Of a DNA stretch of 64,000 nucleotides, positions 52,932-63,368 are shown piece by piece. A program made the translations under genes and the position numbers. Numbering within the stretch: position 1 is the first letter of the stretch; each line of letters begins with the position of its first letter. The stretch lies in the NCBI RefSeq assembly GCF_017348835.2, contig NZ_CP071375.1; one strand, given 5' to 3'. Below the pieces are notes generated by a model. The model was not told where the DNA came from. It ran no database searches and was given only the letters and a program-made list of their open reading frames with translations. The stretch comes from Escherichia coli. GTDB lineage: Bacteria > Pseudomonadota > Gammaproteobacteria > Enterobacterales > Enterobacteriaceae.

Positions 52932-53332
52932 GTGGATTTCCTCAAAAGTCAGCAGGGCAAAAGCGCCAAAAAACGGCAGATTGCCGAAAAAGGCCGCAAT
53001 TATACACAAAATCCCTGAGTTTGTCGGGGGTACTGCTGATTTTAGACGACGATCGTTTTCATTTGAAAGGAAACGCAAAAAGAAAATAATCTTTTTGCCT
53101 CCATTTATTATTTAAGATAAGGTTAATGCTCTACTTGTTCTTTTTTTTATTCACATGATATTTTTATCTTTCTGACGTTTTAAACGTATCGGAAGATGTT
53201 ATTTATTCTAATAAAAAACAACACTCTAAATATAAAATTATTTCTTGCAGTAATTATAAAAGCCGAAAACAGAACTCAAAAACAATCTGGCTAAATAAAA
53301 GTAATAAAATTTGCTTTAAGGAAGAATTTTCT

Positions 53333-55561
53333 ATGTACACACAGACCCTGTATGAGTTAAGTCAGGAGGCTGAACGCCTGTTACAGCTTTCTCGCCAACA
53401 GTTGCAGTTACTGGAAAAAATGCCTCTCTCTGTACCCGGAGACGATGCGCCACAACTGGCTTTACCCTGGAGTCAGCCTAATATCGCCGAACGTCACGCG
53501 ATGCTGAATAATGAGTTGCGTAAAATTTCCCGACTGGAAATGGTGCTGGCAATTGTCGGTACCATGAAAGCAGGGAAATCAACCACCATTAATGCCATTG
53601 TTGGTACGGAGGTTCTGCCTAATCGCAATCGCCCAATGACTGCCCTGCCGACGCTTATTCGCCATACACCCGGGCAAAAAGAACCGGTACTGCATTTTTC
53701 ACATGTCGCGCCAATCGATTGTTTAATTCAACAATTACAACAACGCCTGCGTGATTGCGATATTAAGCATCTGACCGATGTGCTGGAAATAGATAAAGAT
53801 ATGCGTGCGCTTATGCAGCGGATCGAAAATGGCGTCGCTTTCGAAAAATATTATCTGGGTGCCCAGCCTATTTTTCATTGTCTGAAAAGTTTGAATGATT
53901 TGGTGCGACTGGCGAAGGCGCTGGACGTCGATTTTCCTTTTTCTGCTTACGCCGCCATTGAGCATATTCCCGTGATTGAAGTGGAGTTTGTCCATCTGGC
54001 GGGGCTGGAGAGTTATCCCGGTCAGTTGACGTTACTGGATACCCCCGGGCCAAATGAAGCCGGGCAACCGCATCTGCAAAAAATGCTTAACCAGCAGCTG
54101 GCACGCGCCTCGGCGGTACTGGCGGTGCTGGATTATACGCAACTGAAATCGATCTCCGATGAAGAGGTCCGTGAGGCGATTTTGGCGGTGGGGCAATCGG
54201 TGCCGCTGTATGTGCTGGTCAATAAGTTCGATCAACAGGATCGTAACAGTGACGACGCCGACCAGGTGCGGGCACTGATTTCCGGGACGCTGATGAAAGG
54301 CTGTATTACGCCACAGCAGATATTTCCGGTGTCGTCGATGTGGGGCTACCTGGCGAATCGGGCGCGCCATGAGTTAGCCAACAACGGTAAGTTACCAGCG
54401 CCAGAGCAACAACGCTGGGTGGAAGATTTTGCCCATGCCGCGCTCGGCAGGCGCTGGCGTCATGCCGATCTGGCGGACCTCGAACATATTCGTCATGCTG
54501 CCGATCAGTTGTGGGAAGATTCGCTGTTCGCCCAGCCAATTCAGGCGCTGCTTCATGCCGCTTACGCTAACGCCTCGTTGTATGCTCTGCGATCTGCCGC
54601 GCATAAACTGTTGAATTACGCGCAGCAGGCGCGGGAATACCTGGATTTTCGTGCGCACGGGTTAAACGTCGCTTGTGAACAATTGCGGCAAAATATCCAT
54701 CAGGTCGAAGAAAGTTTGCAGCTATTGCAACTCAATCAGGCGCAGGTGAGCGGCGAGATTAAACATGAAATCGAGCTGGCCCTGACCTCCGCCAACCACT
54801 TTCTGCGTCAACAGCAAGATGCGCTGAATGCGCAGTTTGCCGCCTTGTTTCAGGATGATTCGGAGCCGTTAAGCGAGATTCGTACCCGCTGTGAGACACT
54901 GTTACAGACGGCGCAGAACACCATCAGTCGCGACTTTACGCTGCGTTTTGCCGAGCTGGAATCCACCCTTTGCCGGGTGTTAACCGATGTTATTCGCCCC
55001 ATTGAGCAACAAGTCAAAATGGAATTGAGCGAGTCAGGGTTTCGTCCTGGGTTTCATTTTCCTGTTTTTCACGGCGTAGTTCCCCACTTCAACACTCGCC
55101 AGCTGTTCAGTGAAGTCATTTCGCGCCAGGAAGCAACGGACGAGCAGAGCACGCGTTTAGGCGTTGTGCGTGAGACTTTTTCGCGCTGGTTGAATCAGCC
55201 CGACTGGGGACGGGGAAATGAGAAATCCCCGACAGAAACGGTTGATTACAGTGCGTTGCAACGAGCATTAAGCGAAGAGGTCGATCTTTATTGCCAACAA
55301 ATGGCTAAAGTTCTGGCAGAGCAGGTCGATGAATCTGTTACGGCAGGCATGAATACTTTTTTCGCTGAGTTCGCTTCATGTTTGACGGAATTACAGACGC
55401 GTTTACGCGAAAGTCTGGCTCTGCGTCAACAAAATGAATCGGTGGTCAGGCTGATGCAGCAGCAATTGCAGCAGACTGTGATGACTCACGGCTGGATTTA
55501 CACCGACGCCCAGCTGTTACGCGATGATATTCAAACACTTTTCACGGCAGAACGATATTGA
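53333..55561 (+). CDS. crfC: Dynamin-like GTPase (clamp-binding sister replication fork colocalization protein)
   Basis: 742-aa ORF; P-loop GTMKAGKST near residue 75; long coiled-coil C-terminus; AT-rich upstream region. Confidence 0.9.
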   Translation: MYTQTLYELSQEAERLLQLSRQQLQLLEKMPLSVPGDDAPQLALPWSQPNIAERHAMLNNELRKISRLEMVLAIVGTMKAGKSTTINAIVGTEVLPNRNRPMTALPTLIRHTPGQKEPVLHFSHVAPIDCLIQQLQQRLRDCDIKHLTDVLEIDKDMRALMQRIENGVAFEKYYLGAQPIFHCLKSLNDLVRLAKALDVDFPFSAYAAIEHIPVIEVEFVHLAGLESYPGQLTLLDTPGPNEAGQPHLQKMLNQQLARASAVLAVLDYTQLKSISDEEVREAILAVGQSVPLYVLVNKFDQQDRNSDDADQVRALISGTLMKGCITPQQIFPVSSMWGYLANRARHELANNGKLPAPEQQRWVEDFAHAALGRRWRHADLADLEHIRHAADQLWEDSLFAQPIQALLHAAYANASLYALRSAAHKLLNYAQQAREYLDFRAHGLNVACEQLRQNIHQVEESLQLLQLNQAQVSGEIKHEIELALTSANHFLRQQQDALNAQFAALFQDDSEPLSEIRTRCETLLQTAQNTISRDFTLRFAELESTLCRVLTDVIRPIEQQVKMELSESGFRPGFHFPVFHGVVPHFNTRQLFSEVISRQEATDEQSTRLGVVRETFSRWLNQPDWGRGNEKSPTETVDYSALQRALSEEVDLYCQQMAKVLAEQVDESVTAGMNTFFAEFASCLTELQTRLRESLALRQQNESVVRLMQQQLQQTVMTHGWIYTDAQLLRDDIQTLFTAERY

Positions 55562-56436
55562 CCAAGACGTTACTTGACGGCCCCGGTCGCGTGCTGGAGT
55601 CGGTTTATCCCCGCTTTTTAGTGGATCTGGCGCAGGGCGATGATGCCCGCCTTCCACAAGCCCATCAGCAGCAGTTTCGTGAACGACTGATGCAGGAACT
55701 TCTTGCGCGCGTGCAGCTTCAGACATGGACGAACGGCGGCATGTTAAATGCGCCGCTTAGCCTGCGTCTGACATTGGTGGAAAAACTGGCGTCGATGCTG
55801 GATCCCGGTCATCTGGCACTGACGCAGATCGCGCAGCATCTGGCGCTGCTGCAAAAAATGGATCACCGCCAGCACTCTGCTTTCCCGGAGCTCCCCCAGC
55901 AAATTGCCGCCTTGTATGAGTGGTTTTCAGCCCGTTGTCGCTGGAAGGAAAAGGCATTAACGCAACGAGGCCTACTGGTGCAGGCAGGTGAACAGAGCGA
56001 GCAAATTTTTACCCGCTGGCGTGCTGGGGCGTATAACGCCTGGTCGTTGCCTGGGCGCTGTTTTATCGTTCTCGAAGAGTTGCGTTGGGGGGCATTTGGC
56101 GATGCCTGTCGTCTGGGAAGCCCGCAAGCGGTGGCGTTGTTGCTGGGTGATTTGCGCGTGAAAGCGACACAACATCTGGCAGAGAGTATCAATGCGGCCC
56201 CGACCACGCGTCACTATTACCATCAGTGGTTTGCCTCTTCGACCGTTCCGACGGGCGGGGATCATGCTGATTTTTTAAGTTGGCTGGGAAAGTGGACCAC
56301 GGCAGATAAACAACCCGTTTGCTGGTCAGTGACCCAACGTTGGCAAACTGTCGCGCTGGGGATGCCACGACTCTGTTCAGCGCAGCGTTTGGTGGGGGCA
56401 ATGGTCGAGGAAATCTTCTCTGTAAATTTGGCGTAA
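55558..56436 (+). CDS. yjcZ: Uncharacterized protein YjcZ, translationally coupled to crfC
   Basis: 292-aa ORF overlapping the crfC stop by 4 nt. Confidence 0.88.
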   Translation: MTKTLLDGPGRVLESVYPRFLVDLAQGDDARLPQAHQQQFRERLMQELLARVQLQTWTNGGMLNAPLSLRLTLVEKLASMLDPGHLALTQIAQHLALLQKMDHRQHSAFPELPQQIAALYEWFSARCRWKEKALTQRGLLVQAGEQSEQIFTRWRAGAYNAWSLPGRCFIVLEELRWGAFGDACRLGSPQAVALLLGDLRVKATQHLAESINAAPTTRHYYHQWFASSTVPTGGDHADFLSWLGKWTTADKQPVCWSVTQRWQTVALGMPRLCSAQRLVGAMVEEIFSVNLA

Positions 56437-56699
56437 ATAATCAGTTACATCAATGAGTCCTAAACGAAATCCATGTGTGAAGTTGATCACAAATTTAAAC
56501 ACTGGTAGGGTAAAAAGGTCATTAACTGCCCAATTCAGGCGTCAACTGGTTTGATTGTACATTCCTTAACCGGAGGGTGTAAGCAAACCCGCTACGCTTG
56601 TTACAGAGATTGCATCCTGCAATTCCCGCTCCCCTTTTGCGGCCGTCGCGCTGATTTTTCTGGCGTTTGCGGAAATGGGCCAACTCTGCGAGGAAAGCT

Positions 56700-58202
56700 A
56701 TGCTGAAAAGGAAAAAAGTAAAACCGATTACCCTTCGTGATGTCACCATTATTGATGACGGTAAACTGCGTAAAGCCATTACCGCAGCATCACTGGGTAA
56801 TGCAATGGAATGGTTCGATTTTGGTGTTTATGGTTTTGTTGCTTACGCATTAGGTAAAGTTTTTTTCCCGGGGGCTGACCCCAGCGTGCAGATGGTTGCT
56901 GCACTTGCCACGTTCTCCGTTCCCTTTCTGATTCGACCGCTTGGCGGACTCTTCTTTGGTATGTTGGGCGATAAATATGGTCGCCAGAAGATCCTCGCTA
57001 TCACTATTGTGATTATGTCGATCAGTACGTTCTGTATTGGCTTAATACCATCCTACGACACGATTGGTATTTGGGCACCGATTCTGCTGTTGATCTGTAA
57101 GATGGCACAAGGTTTCTCGGTCGGCGGTGAATATACCGGGGCGTCGATATTTGTTGCGGAATACTCCCCTGACCGTAAACGTGGCTTTATGGGCAGCTGG
57201 CTGGACTTCGGTTCTATTGCCGGGTTTGTGCTGGGTGCGGGCGTGGTGGTGTTAATTTCGACCATTGTCGGCGAAGCGAACTTCCTCGACTGGGGCTGGC
57301 GTATTCCGTTCTTTATTGCTCTGCCGTTAGGGATTATCGGGCTTTACCTGCGCCATGCGCTGGAAGAAACTCCGGCGTTCCAGCAGCATGTTGATAAACT
57401 GGAACAGGGCGACCGCGAAGGTTTGCAGGATGGCCCGAAAGTCTCGTTTAAAGAGATTGCCACCAAACACTGGCGCAGCCTGTTGACATGTATTGGTCTG
57501 GTAATTGCCACCAACGTGACTTACTACATGTTGCTGACCTATATGCCGAGTTATTTGTCACATAACCTGCATTACTCCGAAGACCACGGGGTGCTGATTA
57601 TTATCGCCATTATGATCGGTATGCTGTTTGTTCAGCCGGTGATGGGCTTGCTGAGTGACCGTTTTGGCCGTCGTCCGTTTGTGCTACTTGGTAGTGTTGC
57701 CCTGTTTGTGTTGGCGATCCCGGCGTTTATTCTGATTAACAGTAACGTCATCGGTCTGATTTTTGCCGGGTTACTGATGCTGGCGGTGATCCTTAACTGC
57801 TTTACGGGCGTTATGGCTTCTACCTTGCCAGCGATGTTCCCGACGCATATCCGTTACAGCGCGCTGGCGGCGGCATTTAATATTTCGGTGCTGGTTGCCG
57901 GTCTGACGCCAACATTGGCGGCCTGGCTGGTCGAAAGCTCGCAGAATCTGATGATGCCAGCCTATTACCTGATGGTAGTGGCGGTGGTTGGTTTAATCAC
58001 CGGCGTAACCATGAAAGAGACGGCAAATCGTCCGTTGAAAGGTGCAACACCGGCGGCGTCAGATATACAGGAAGCGAAGGAAATTCTCGTCGAGCATTAC
58101 GATAATATCGAGCAGAAAATCGATGATATTGACCACGAGATTGCCGATTTGCAGGCGAAACGTACCCGCCTGGTGCAGCAACATCCGCGAATTGATGAAT
58201 AA
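56700..58202 (+). CDS. proP: Proline/glycine betaine:H+ symporter (MFS) with C-terminal coiled coil
   Basis: 500 aa from MLKRKKVKPITLRDVTIIDDGKLRKAI; 12 TM segments; coiled-coil tail. Confidence 0.96.
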   Translation: MLKRKKVKPITLRDVTIIDDGKLRKAITAASLGNAMEWFDFGVYGFVAYALGKVFFPGADPSVQMVAALATFSVPFLIRPLGGLFFGMLGDKYGRQKILAITIVIMSISTFCIGLIPSYDTIGIWAPILLLICKMAQGFSVGGEYTGASIFVAEYSPDRKRGFMGSWLDFGSIAGFVLGAGVVVLISTIVGEANFLDWGWRIPFFIALPLGIIGLYLRHALEETPAFQQHVDKLEQGDREGLQDGPKVSFKEIATKHWRSLLTCIGLVIATNVTYYMLLTYMPSYLSHNLHYSEDHGVLIIIAIMIGMLFVQPVMGLLSDRFGRRPFVLLGSVALFVLAIPAFILINSNVIGLIFAGLLMLAVILNCFTGVMASTLPAMFPTHIRYSALAAAFNISVLVAGLTPTLAAWLVESSQNLMMPAYYLMVVAVVGLITGVTMKETANRPLKGATPAASDIQEAKEILVEHYDNIEQKIDDIDHEIADLQAKRTRLVQQHPRIDE

Positions 58203-58255
58203 GCTGAAACAGATGGCCTGATGTGACGCTGTCTTATCAGACCAACAATTGAACT

Positions 58256-58272
58256 CTTAAGGTTCACTTAAT
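58256..58272 (+). promoter_or_regulatory. Candidate PmrA (BasR) box upstream of pmrR
   Basis: CTTAAG-gttca-CTTAAT direct hexamer repeat with 5-bp spacer, 45 bp upstream of the pmrR ATG. Confidence 0.65.
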
Positions 58273-58316
58273 CTCTGACGCGCATACTCTCCTCCAGGTT
58301 AACGGAGGAGAGTGCA

Positions 58317-58406
58317 ATGAAAAACCGTGTTTATGAAAGTTTAACTACCGTGTTCAGCGTGCTGGTGGTCAGCAGCTTTCTTTATATCTGGTTTGCCACG
58401 TACTGA
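58317..58406 (+). CDS. pmrR: 29-aa membrane peptide PmrR
   Basis: ATG...TGA encoding MKNRVYESLTTVFSVLVVSSFLYIWFATY; overlaps the 3' end of basS on the opposite strand by 25 bp. Confidence 0.8.
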   Translation: MKNRVYESLTTVFSVLVVSSFLYIWFATY

Positions 58407-59473
58407 TCTTTCTTCAGCCGTATCCAGGCGCGCGTGCCAGAAGTCTCTTGCCGGTTTTGCAGGAAAAACTGCCCGTGATGCAACTGTGTAATGCGGCTGA
58501 CAATACTTAACCCCAGACCAATCCCGCCATAACGGCTGTCCATTCGTACAAACGCTTTACTCAACTCCCCGCATTTACTCTCATCAATACCCGGTCCTTC
58601 ATCTTCAACGGCCATGACCGCTCCGTCATCTTCTTGCAGCTTAATCATAATGTTGCTGCCTTGCGGGCTGTAACGATGGGCGTTTTCTACCAGATTTCGC
58701 AATAACATCCGCAGCAGGGTTGCATCACCCTGAACGGTGATGTCGGCGGCGCTCTCTGGCAATAGCAGGGTTTGCTGGCGCTGGTCGAGCATGGTACTGA
58801 GTTCGTCATACGAGGGGAGAATGACATCTTCCAGCAGTTTTACATGTTGATAATTACCGGAAGAAAATGACTGTCCGGCACGCGCCAGTTGCAGCAGCTG
58901 GGAGACGCTCTCCATCATCTGATCAAGCCGTGCCACTAACGGTGCTACATCAATGTGATGCGTTTTCGCCAGCAGTTCCAGATGCAAACGTACCCCCGCC
59001 AGTGGCGTTCGCAGTTCGTGCGCGACGTCAGCGGTAAATAACCTTTCGTTATCCAGCGTGCTGGTCAGGCGACTGACTAGATCGTTCAACGCCGAAACCA
59101 CCGCTTCGATTTCGAGGGTGGCGCTGTGAATGGCAATGGGCGTTAAGTTGTCGGCGGTGCGCGCTTCCAGCTCTTTTTGCAGCTCCGCCAGCGGGCGGGT
59201 GATGCGGCGTACCGCCTGATAGCAGATAAATAGCGTCAGGCTGACCATAAAGACGCCGGGGACAATCAGGCTGGCGACCGCCTCGCGGATCTCACGCATG
59301 ATGTGGCGATCGTTGTTGCGATTGTCGCGTAGCGCCTGCTCAAACAGCTGAATCTGCTCGGTACTTTCATGCCATAGCCAGAAGACGCTGATCAGCTCAA
59401 ACACCAACAAAATGGCCCCGATGGTCAATATCAGCCGTTGGCGCAGCGATATTGGTCGGCGCAGAAAACGCAT
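58382..59473 (-). CDS. basS: Two-component sensor histidine kinase BasS/PmrB
   Basis: 363 aa from M(R)FLRRPISLRQRL; H-box ADVAHELRTP; the ORF-track start at 59482 is the alternative. Confidence 0.93.
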   Translation of the reverse strand: MRFLRRPISLRQRLILTIGAILLVFELISVFWLWHESTEQIQLFEQALRDNRNNDRHIMREIREAVASLIVPGVFMVSLTLFICYQAVRRITRPLAELQKELEARTADNLTPIAIHSATLEIEAVVSALNDLVSRLTSTLDNERLFTADVAHELRTPLAGVRLHLELLAKTHHIDVAPLVARLDQMMESVSQLLQLARAGQSFSSGNYQHVKLLEDVILPSYDELSTMLDQRQQTLLLPESAADITVQGDATLLRMLLRNLVENAHRYSPQGSNIMIKLQEDDGAVMAVEDEGPGIDESKCGELSKAFVRMDSRYGGIGLGLSIVSRITQLHHGQFFLQNRQETSGTRAWIRLKKDQYVANQI

Positions 59474-59482
59474 CAGATTCAA

Positions 59483-60151
59483 TTAGTTTTCCTCATTCGC
59501 GACCAGCATATAGCCAAAGCCGCGCACGGTGCGGATACGGGCTTTGCCCACTTTGTCGCGCAGATTGTGGATATGCACTTCCAGGGTGTTGGTCGAGGGT
59601 TCATTGTCCCAGTTATAGATGTCGTTGTAGAGAATTTCCCGATGTACCGGACTGCCTGCTTTGAGCATTAACCGTGACAGCAGAGCATATTCTTTGGGCG
59701 TCAGAATCAACTCTTCACCGCCCATCCATACCTGACGGCGACCCATATTCAGCGTCAGATTGCCAACAATCAGCTCACTTTCGCCCTGATTATTATGGCG
59801 TCGTAGCAGGGCGCGGATACGGGCGTGTAACTCTTCCAGCGCAAAAGGCTTCACCAGATAGTCATCGGCACCGACATCCAGCCCGGCGATTTTGTCGGTC
59901 AGCGTATCGCGAGCGGTGAGGATCAGTACCGGCAGGGTGTATTTTTTCTGCCGGATACGGGCGAGAAAATGCAGTCCATCTTCGTCGGGTAACCCTAAAT
60001 CCAGTACTACCAGGCTGTAATGACCGGCCTCAAGGCTTTGTTCCGCCATCCGCGCGGTTGTCACGCCATCGCACGCGTAGCCTTCGGTTTGCGCCGCCAG
60101 AATCAGTCCCTGCAATAACAGCGTATCGTCTTCAACAATCAGAATTTTCAT
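59483..60151 (-). CDS. basR: Two-component response regulator BasR/PmrA (OmpR family)
   Basis: 222-aa [22 protein letters not shown]... Confidence 0.96.
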   Translation of the reverse strand: MKILIVEDDTLLLQGLILAAQTEGYACDGVTTARMAEQSLEAGHYSLVVLDLGLPDEDGLHFLARIRQKKYTLPVLILTARDTLTDKIAGLDVGADDYLVKPFALEELHARIRALLRRHNNQGESELIVGNLTLNMGRRQVWMGGEELILTPKEYALLSRLMLKAGSPVHREILYNDIYNWDNEPSTNTLEVHIHNLRDKVGKARIRTVRGFGYMLVANEEN

Positions 60152-61791
60152 TCACTCACTCTCCTGCAAGTATGCAGAATATCATCCGCAGCCTGGTAAT
60201 ACTTCGTCTCAACGCCAGTTAATCCCAATAGCGTGGAGAATAAATTGTCTTGTGAATAGTGTTGCGTTTGCGCCTGTTTTTGCAGGCAGTTCTGGTCAAC
60301 CTGATACCGTTTTTGATAATCCTCCGACAGCCACAGCAGCATCGGCACCTGTTTTTGGCTATCCGGGGCGATGGCATAAGGCAGACCGTGCAGATAGATG
60401 CCATTTTCACCTAACGATTCACCGTGGTCAGAAAGATAAACCAGGCTGGTGGTAAATTTATCCTGATGTTCTTTCAGCAGATTAATCGCTTTATCAACAA
60501 TATAGTCGACGTAAACCAGCGTGTTGTCGTAAGTGTTCACCAGTTGCTCTTTGCTACAGGTCTGGATCTCATTGGTGTCGCAGGTTGGGGTAAATTTCCT
60601 GAACTGCGGCGGATAGCGGTTGTAATAGGTCGGACCGTGGCTGCCGATGGTGTGTAAGACAATCACGCCATCACCCTGCAGGTTATTGATGTACTCTTCC
60701 AGCCCGTGGAACAGCACTTCGTCATAGCATTCGCCGTTGATGCACTGACCAGGCAGATTCAGCGCGGTGACGTTCTGGTGAGGCACGCGGTCGCAGGCAC
60801 CTTTACAGCCGCCATCGTTGTCATTCCACAGCACGTTGATGCCCGCTCGCTGAATGATATCCAGCACGCCTTCCTGGTGCTGTGCCAGCTCTTCTTTGTA
60901 GTGCTCACGCGGCATATCCGAGAACATGCACGGTACTGAAACTGCCGTTGCTGTGCCGCAAGATGCGGTATTAGGGAAATAGACCACGTTATCTTTCGCC
61001 AGCCGCGGGTTAGTTTCACGCGGGTAGCCGTTGAGGGAGAAGTTCTCCGCCCGCGAGGTTTCGCCGACAATCAGGATGGTCAAATTTTTACGTTTTTCGT
61101 TCTGCATTAACGGGTTGCGGTGCGCGTCTTCACCAATTCGCACCAGCGGCAGATTTGCCAGTCGCTGATGGGAGTACCATGACCAGCTGGCAACAATGCT
61201 GTTAGAGGGGCTTAAGGATTTCACCAGCTCTTTGTTATTGCGGAACAACGAGGCGTAGTCTTTATAAAACAGTGCGGCGACCAGCAAAATCAGCAGTACA
61301 GAAACCAGAATATTGGCTCCACGGAAAAGAACACTGCGCAGACGCGAGGTGGCAGGTTTGATTTTTATCCAGCAGGCAATCAGCGCAGCAAGCACGCCGC
61401 TGAATCCCAGCGTTAATAACATTTGCGGTGTCATCAGCGCATAGCTTTCTGCCGGAGTGGTATCAATAATATTGGCAATCATCGAGCGGTCGATGACGAT
61501 GCCGTAAGTCATTATGAAATATTGTGCAGCCGCGCCGACCAGAATAAACAGGCAGGCCAGCGGTCGATTAAGCCATAAGAAAGAGCTTAGTGTCAGGACA
61601 ATATTAATCACGCTGAAGGCGACGACCGGCATCGACAAGAAAACCAGTACGTTATGCAGCGAGTCTAGCGGCAGCGCCTGCAACACCTGTTTAAAAAAGG
61701 CAATATTCAGGCAGATAGAGATATAAAAAGCGGCCAACAATAGCCAGGCGAGTAAATTCAAAGAGGGTCTTTTTAGTAGGCGCTTCAACAT
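60148..61791 (-). CDS. eptA: Lipid A phosphoethanolamine transferase
   Basis: 547 aa from [21 protein letters not shown]-terminal TM domain plus sulfatase-like periplasmic domain. Confidence 0.93.
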   Translation of the reverse strand: MLKRLLKRPSLNLLAWLLLAAFYISICLNIAFFKQVLQALPLDSLHNVLVFLSMPVVAFSVINIVLTLSSFLWLNRPLACLFILVGAAAQYFIMTYGIVIDRSMIANIIDTTPAESYALMTPQMLLTLGFSGVLAALIACWIKIKPATSRLRSVLFRGANILVSVLLILLVAALFYKDYASLFRNNKELVKSLSPSNSIVASWSWYSHQRLANLPLVRIGEDAHRNPLMQNEKRKNLTILIVGETSRAENFSLNGYPRETNPRLAKDNVVYFPNTASCGTATAVSVPCMFSDMPREHYKEELAQHQEGVLDIIQRAGINVLWNDNDGGCKGACDRVPHQNVTALNLPGQCINGECYDEVLFHGLEEYINNLQGDGVIVLHTIGSHGPTYYNRYPPQFRKFTPTCDTNEIQTCSKEQLVNTYDNTLVYVDYIVDKAINLLKEHQDKFTTSLVYLSDHGESLGENGIYLHGLPYAIAPDSQKQVPMLLWLSEDYQKRYQVDQNCLQKQAQTQHYSQDNLFSTLLGLTGVETKYYQAADDILHTCRRVSE

Positions 61792-61837
61792 CACGGTGTT
61801 TCCATCGAACAAAGTGCGCATATGCTCGCAAAGCAAA

Positions 61838-61854
61838 ATTAAGCCAACCTTAAG
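61838..61854 (-). promoter_or_regulatory. PmrA (BasR) box of the eptA-basRS promoter
   Basis: Minus-strand CTTAAG-gttgg-CTTAAT about 50 bp upstream of the eptA start; part of a longer palindrome. Confidence 0.7.
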
Positions 61855-61894
61855 TTCTTAAGGTTGGCTTTTATCTTTGCTGGATTAAGGGGAA

Positions 61895-63232
61895 TTAATC
61901 TTTGCTTATTGGTGCATCTAAGGGATACGGGTTTTTATGCAGCCGGTTGTAATTCAGCGCATACATGGCGGTGATGACCATCAGGGTGACAAATGACCAC
62001 ATAACCTCTTTCGCCCCGGACCCCACCACGGCCCAGATGCAGTAGAGGAAGGCAATGGTAGTAACTGCCAGATATGCCGGGCGTGCTTTACCAAAGTGAC
62101 CGTGTCCGAGCAGCAGTAACGCCGCACAGGTGTAAAGATATGGCACCAGTGTAAAGATGACCGAGACGGAAGAAACCAGACCGAATTCTTTGGTCGCGTT
62201 TGGTGAAATGCTGCTGAGCTGGAAGATGGTCATCAAAATACCGACGATAATCAGCCCCGCCACTGGCGTACCCGCTTTATTTACACGGGCAAAAATCGGT
62301 GGGAACAGTCCGTCATCGGCAGCGGCTTTCGCCGTTTGACCCGCCAGCAATGTCCAGCCGCCCAGTGAACCTAAGCAACCCGCAGCTGCGCAGAAGGAAA
62401 CAATGGCCCCGGCGGTGTCACCCAACGCCATCCGTGCGGCATCACCGAATGGCGAGGCAGAAACGCGCAGTGCGGCATTAGGGATCATCCCCATAATCGC
62501 GGTGGTGGAGAGCACATAGCAAACGGCGGCAATCAATACCCCACCAATGGTGGCTATAGGGACGTTGCGTTTCGGGTTTTTCACCACACCTGCGGCAACG
62601 GAGGCACTTTCCACACCGATGAACGACCACAGCGTAACGTTAAGGGTACTTTGAATCGCACCGAAGGTGCCCAGGCCGCTGACGTTCCATGCCGCCATAT
62701 AGGTTTCACCACGAAACCAGAACCAGCCAAATACGGCAATCCCGACGATGGGGATCAGCGCCAGCACGGTGGCAACGGCCTGCACACGGGTGATCATTTT
62801 CGGACCGACAATGTTCAGCAGGACGAAGATCCACAGCACCACGACGCAGGTGATGGTTAATACCAATGGATCTTTCAGAATCGGGAAGAAGTAACTTAAA
62901 TATCCTACGCCAATGACCACCATGGCGATATTGCCGATCCAGCAGGCCAGCCAGTAGAGGACGTTGGTTTGATAACCGAGAAACGGGCCAAAGCAGCGGC
63001 GGGCGTAAGTGTAAGAACCACCAGGACTTGGGTCGAGGAACGACATTTTGGCGTATACCATCGAGAGCCCCAGCGCACCGATAATCGTCACCAACCATCC
63101 ATAAATGGCAATCCCGCCAGTGGAGGCCAGGTTTGCAGGTAACAGAAAAACACCTGACCCCATAATATTCCCCGACACCATCAGGGTGACGGGGATTAAG
63201 CCCACTTTGTGAGCATCAGCATCCGAAGACAT
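61895..63232 (-). CDS. adiC: Arginine:agmatine antiporter (APC family)
   Basis: 445-aa polytopic [39 protein letters not shown]... Confidence 0.96.
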   Translation of the reverse strand: MSSDADAHKVGLIPVTLMVSGNIMGSGVFLLPANLASTGGIAIYGWLVTIIGALGLSMVYAKMSFLDPSPGGSYTYARRCFGPFLGYQTNVLYWLACWIGNIAMVVIGVGYLSYFFPILKDPLVLTITCVVVLWIFVLLNIVGPKMITRVQAVATVLALIPIVGIAVFGWFWFRGETYMAAWNVSGLGTFGAIQSTLNVTLWSFIGVESASVAAGVVKNPKRNVPIATIGGVLIAAVCYVLSTTAIMGMIPNAALRVSASPFGDAARMALGDTAGAIVSFCAAAGCLGSLGGWTLLAGQTAKAAADDGLFPPIFARVNKAGTPVAGLIIVGILMTIFQLSSISPNATKEFGLVSSVSVIFTLVPYLYTCAALLLLGHGHFGKARPAYLAVTTIAFLYCIWAVVGSGAKEVMWSFVTLMVITAMYALNYNRLHKNPYPLDAPISKD

Positions 63233-63368
63233 AATTAAACTCCTGCGAAGGCGAGCTTCGTGACAATAAATTACGTCATATCATACGCCTGCATTCGATA
63301 GTTGAATTATTATCGACCGGGTTATCGCTGATGCCGTTATTAATATAGCTCTTCGTTAAGGTTAAAAA

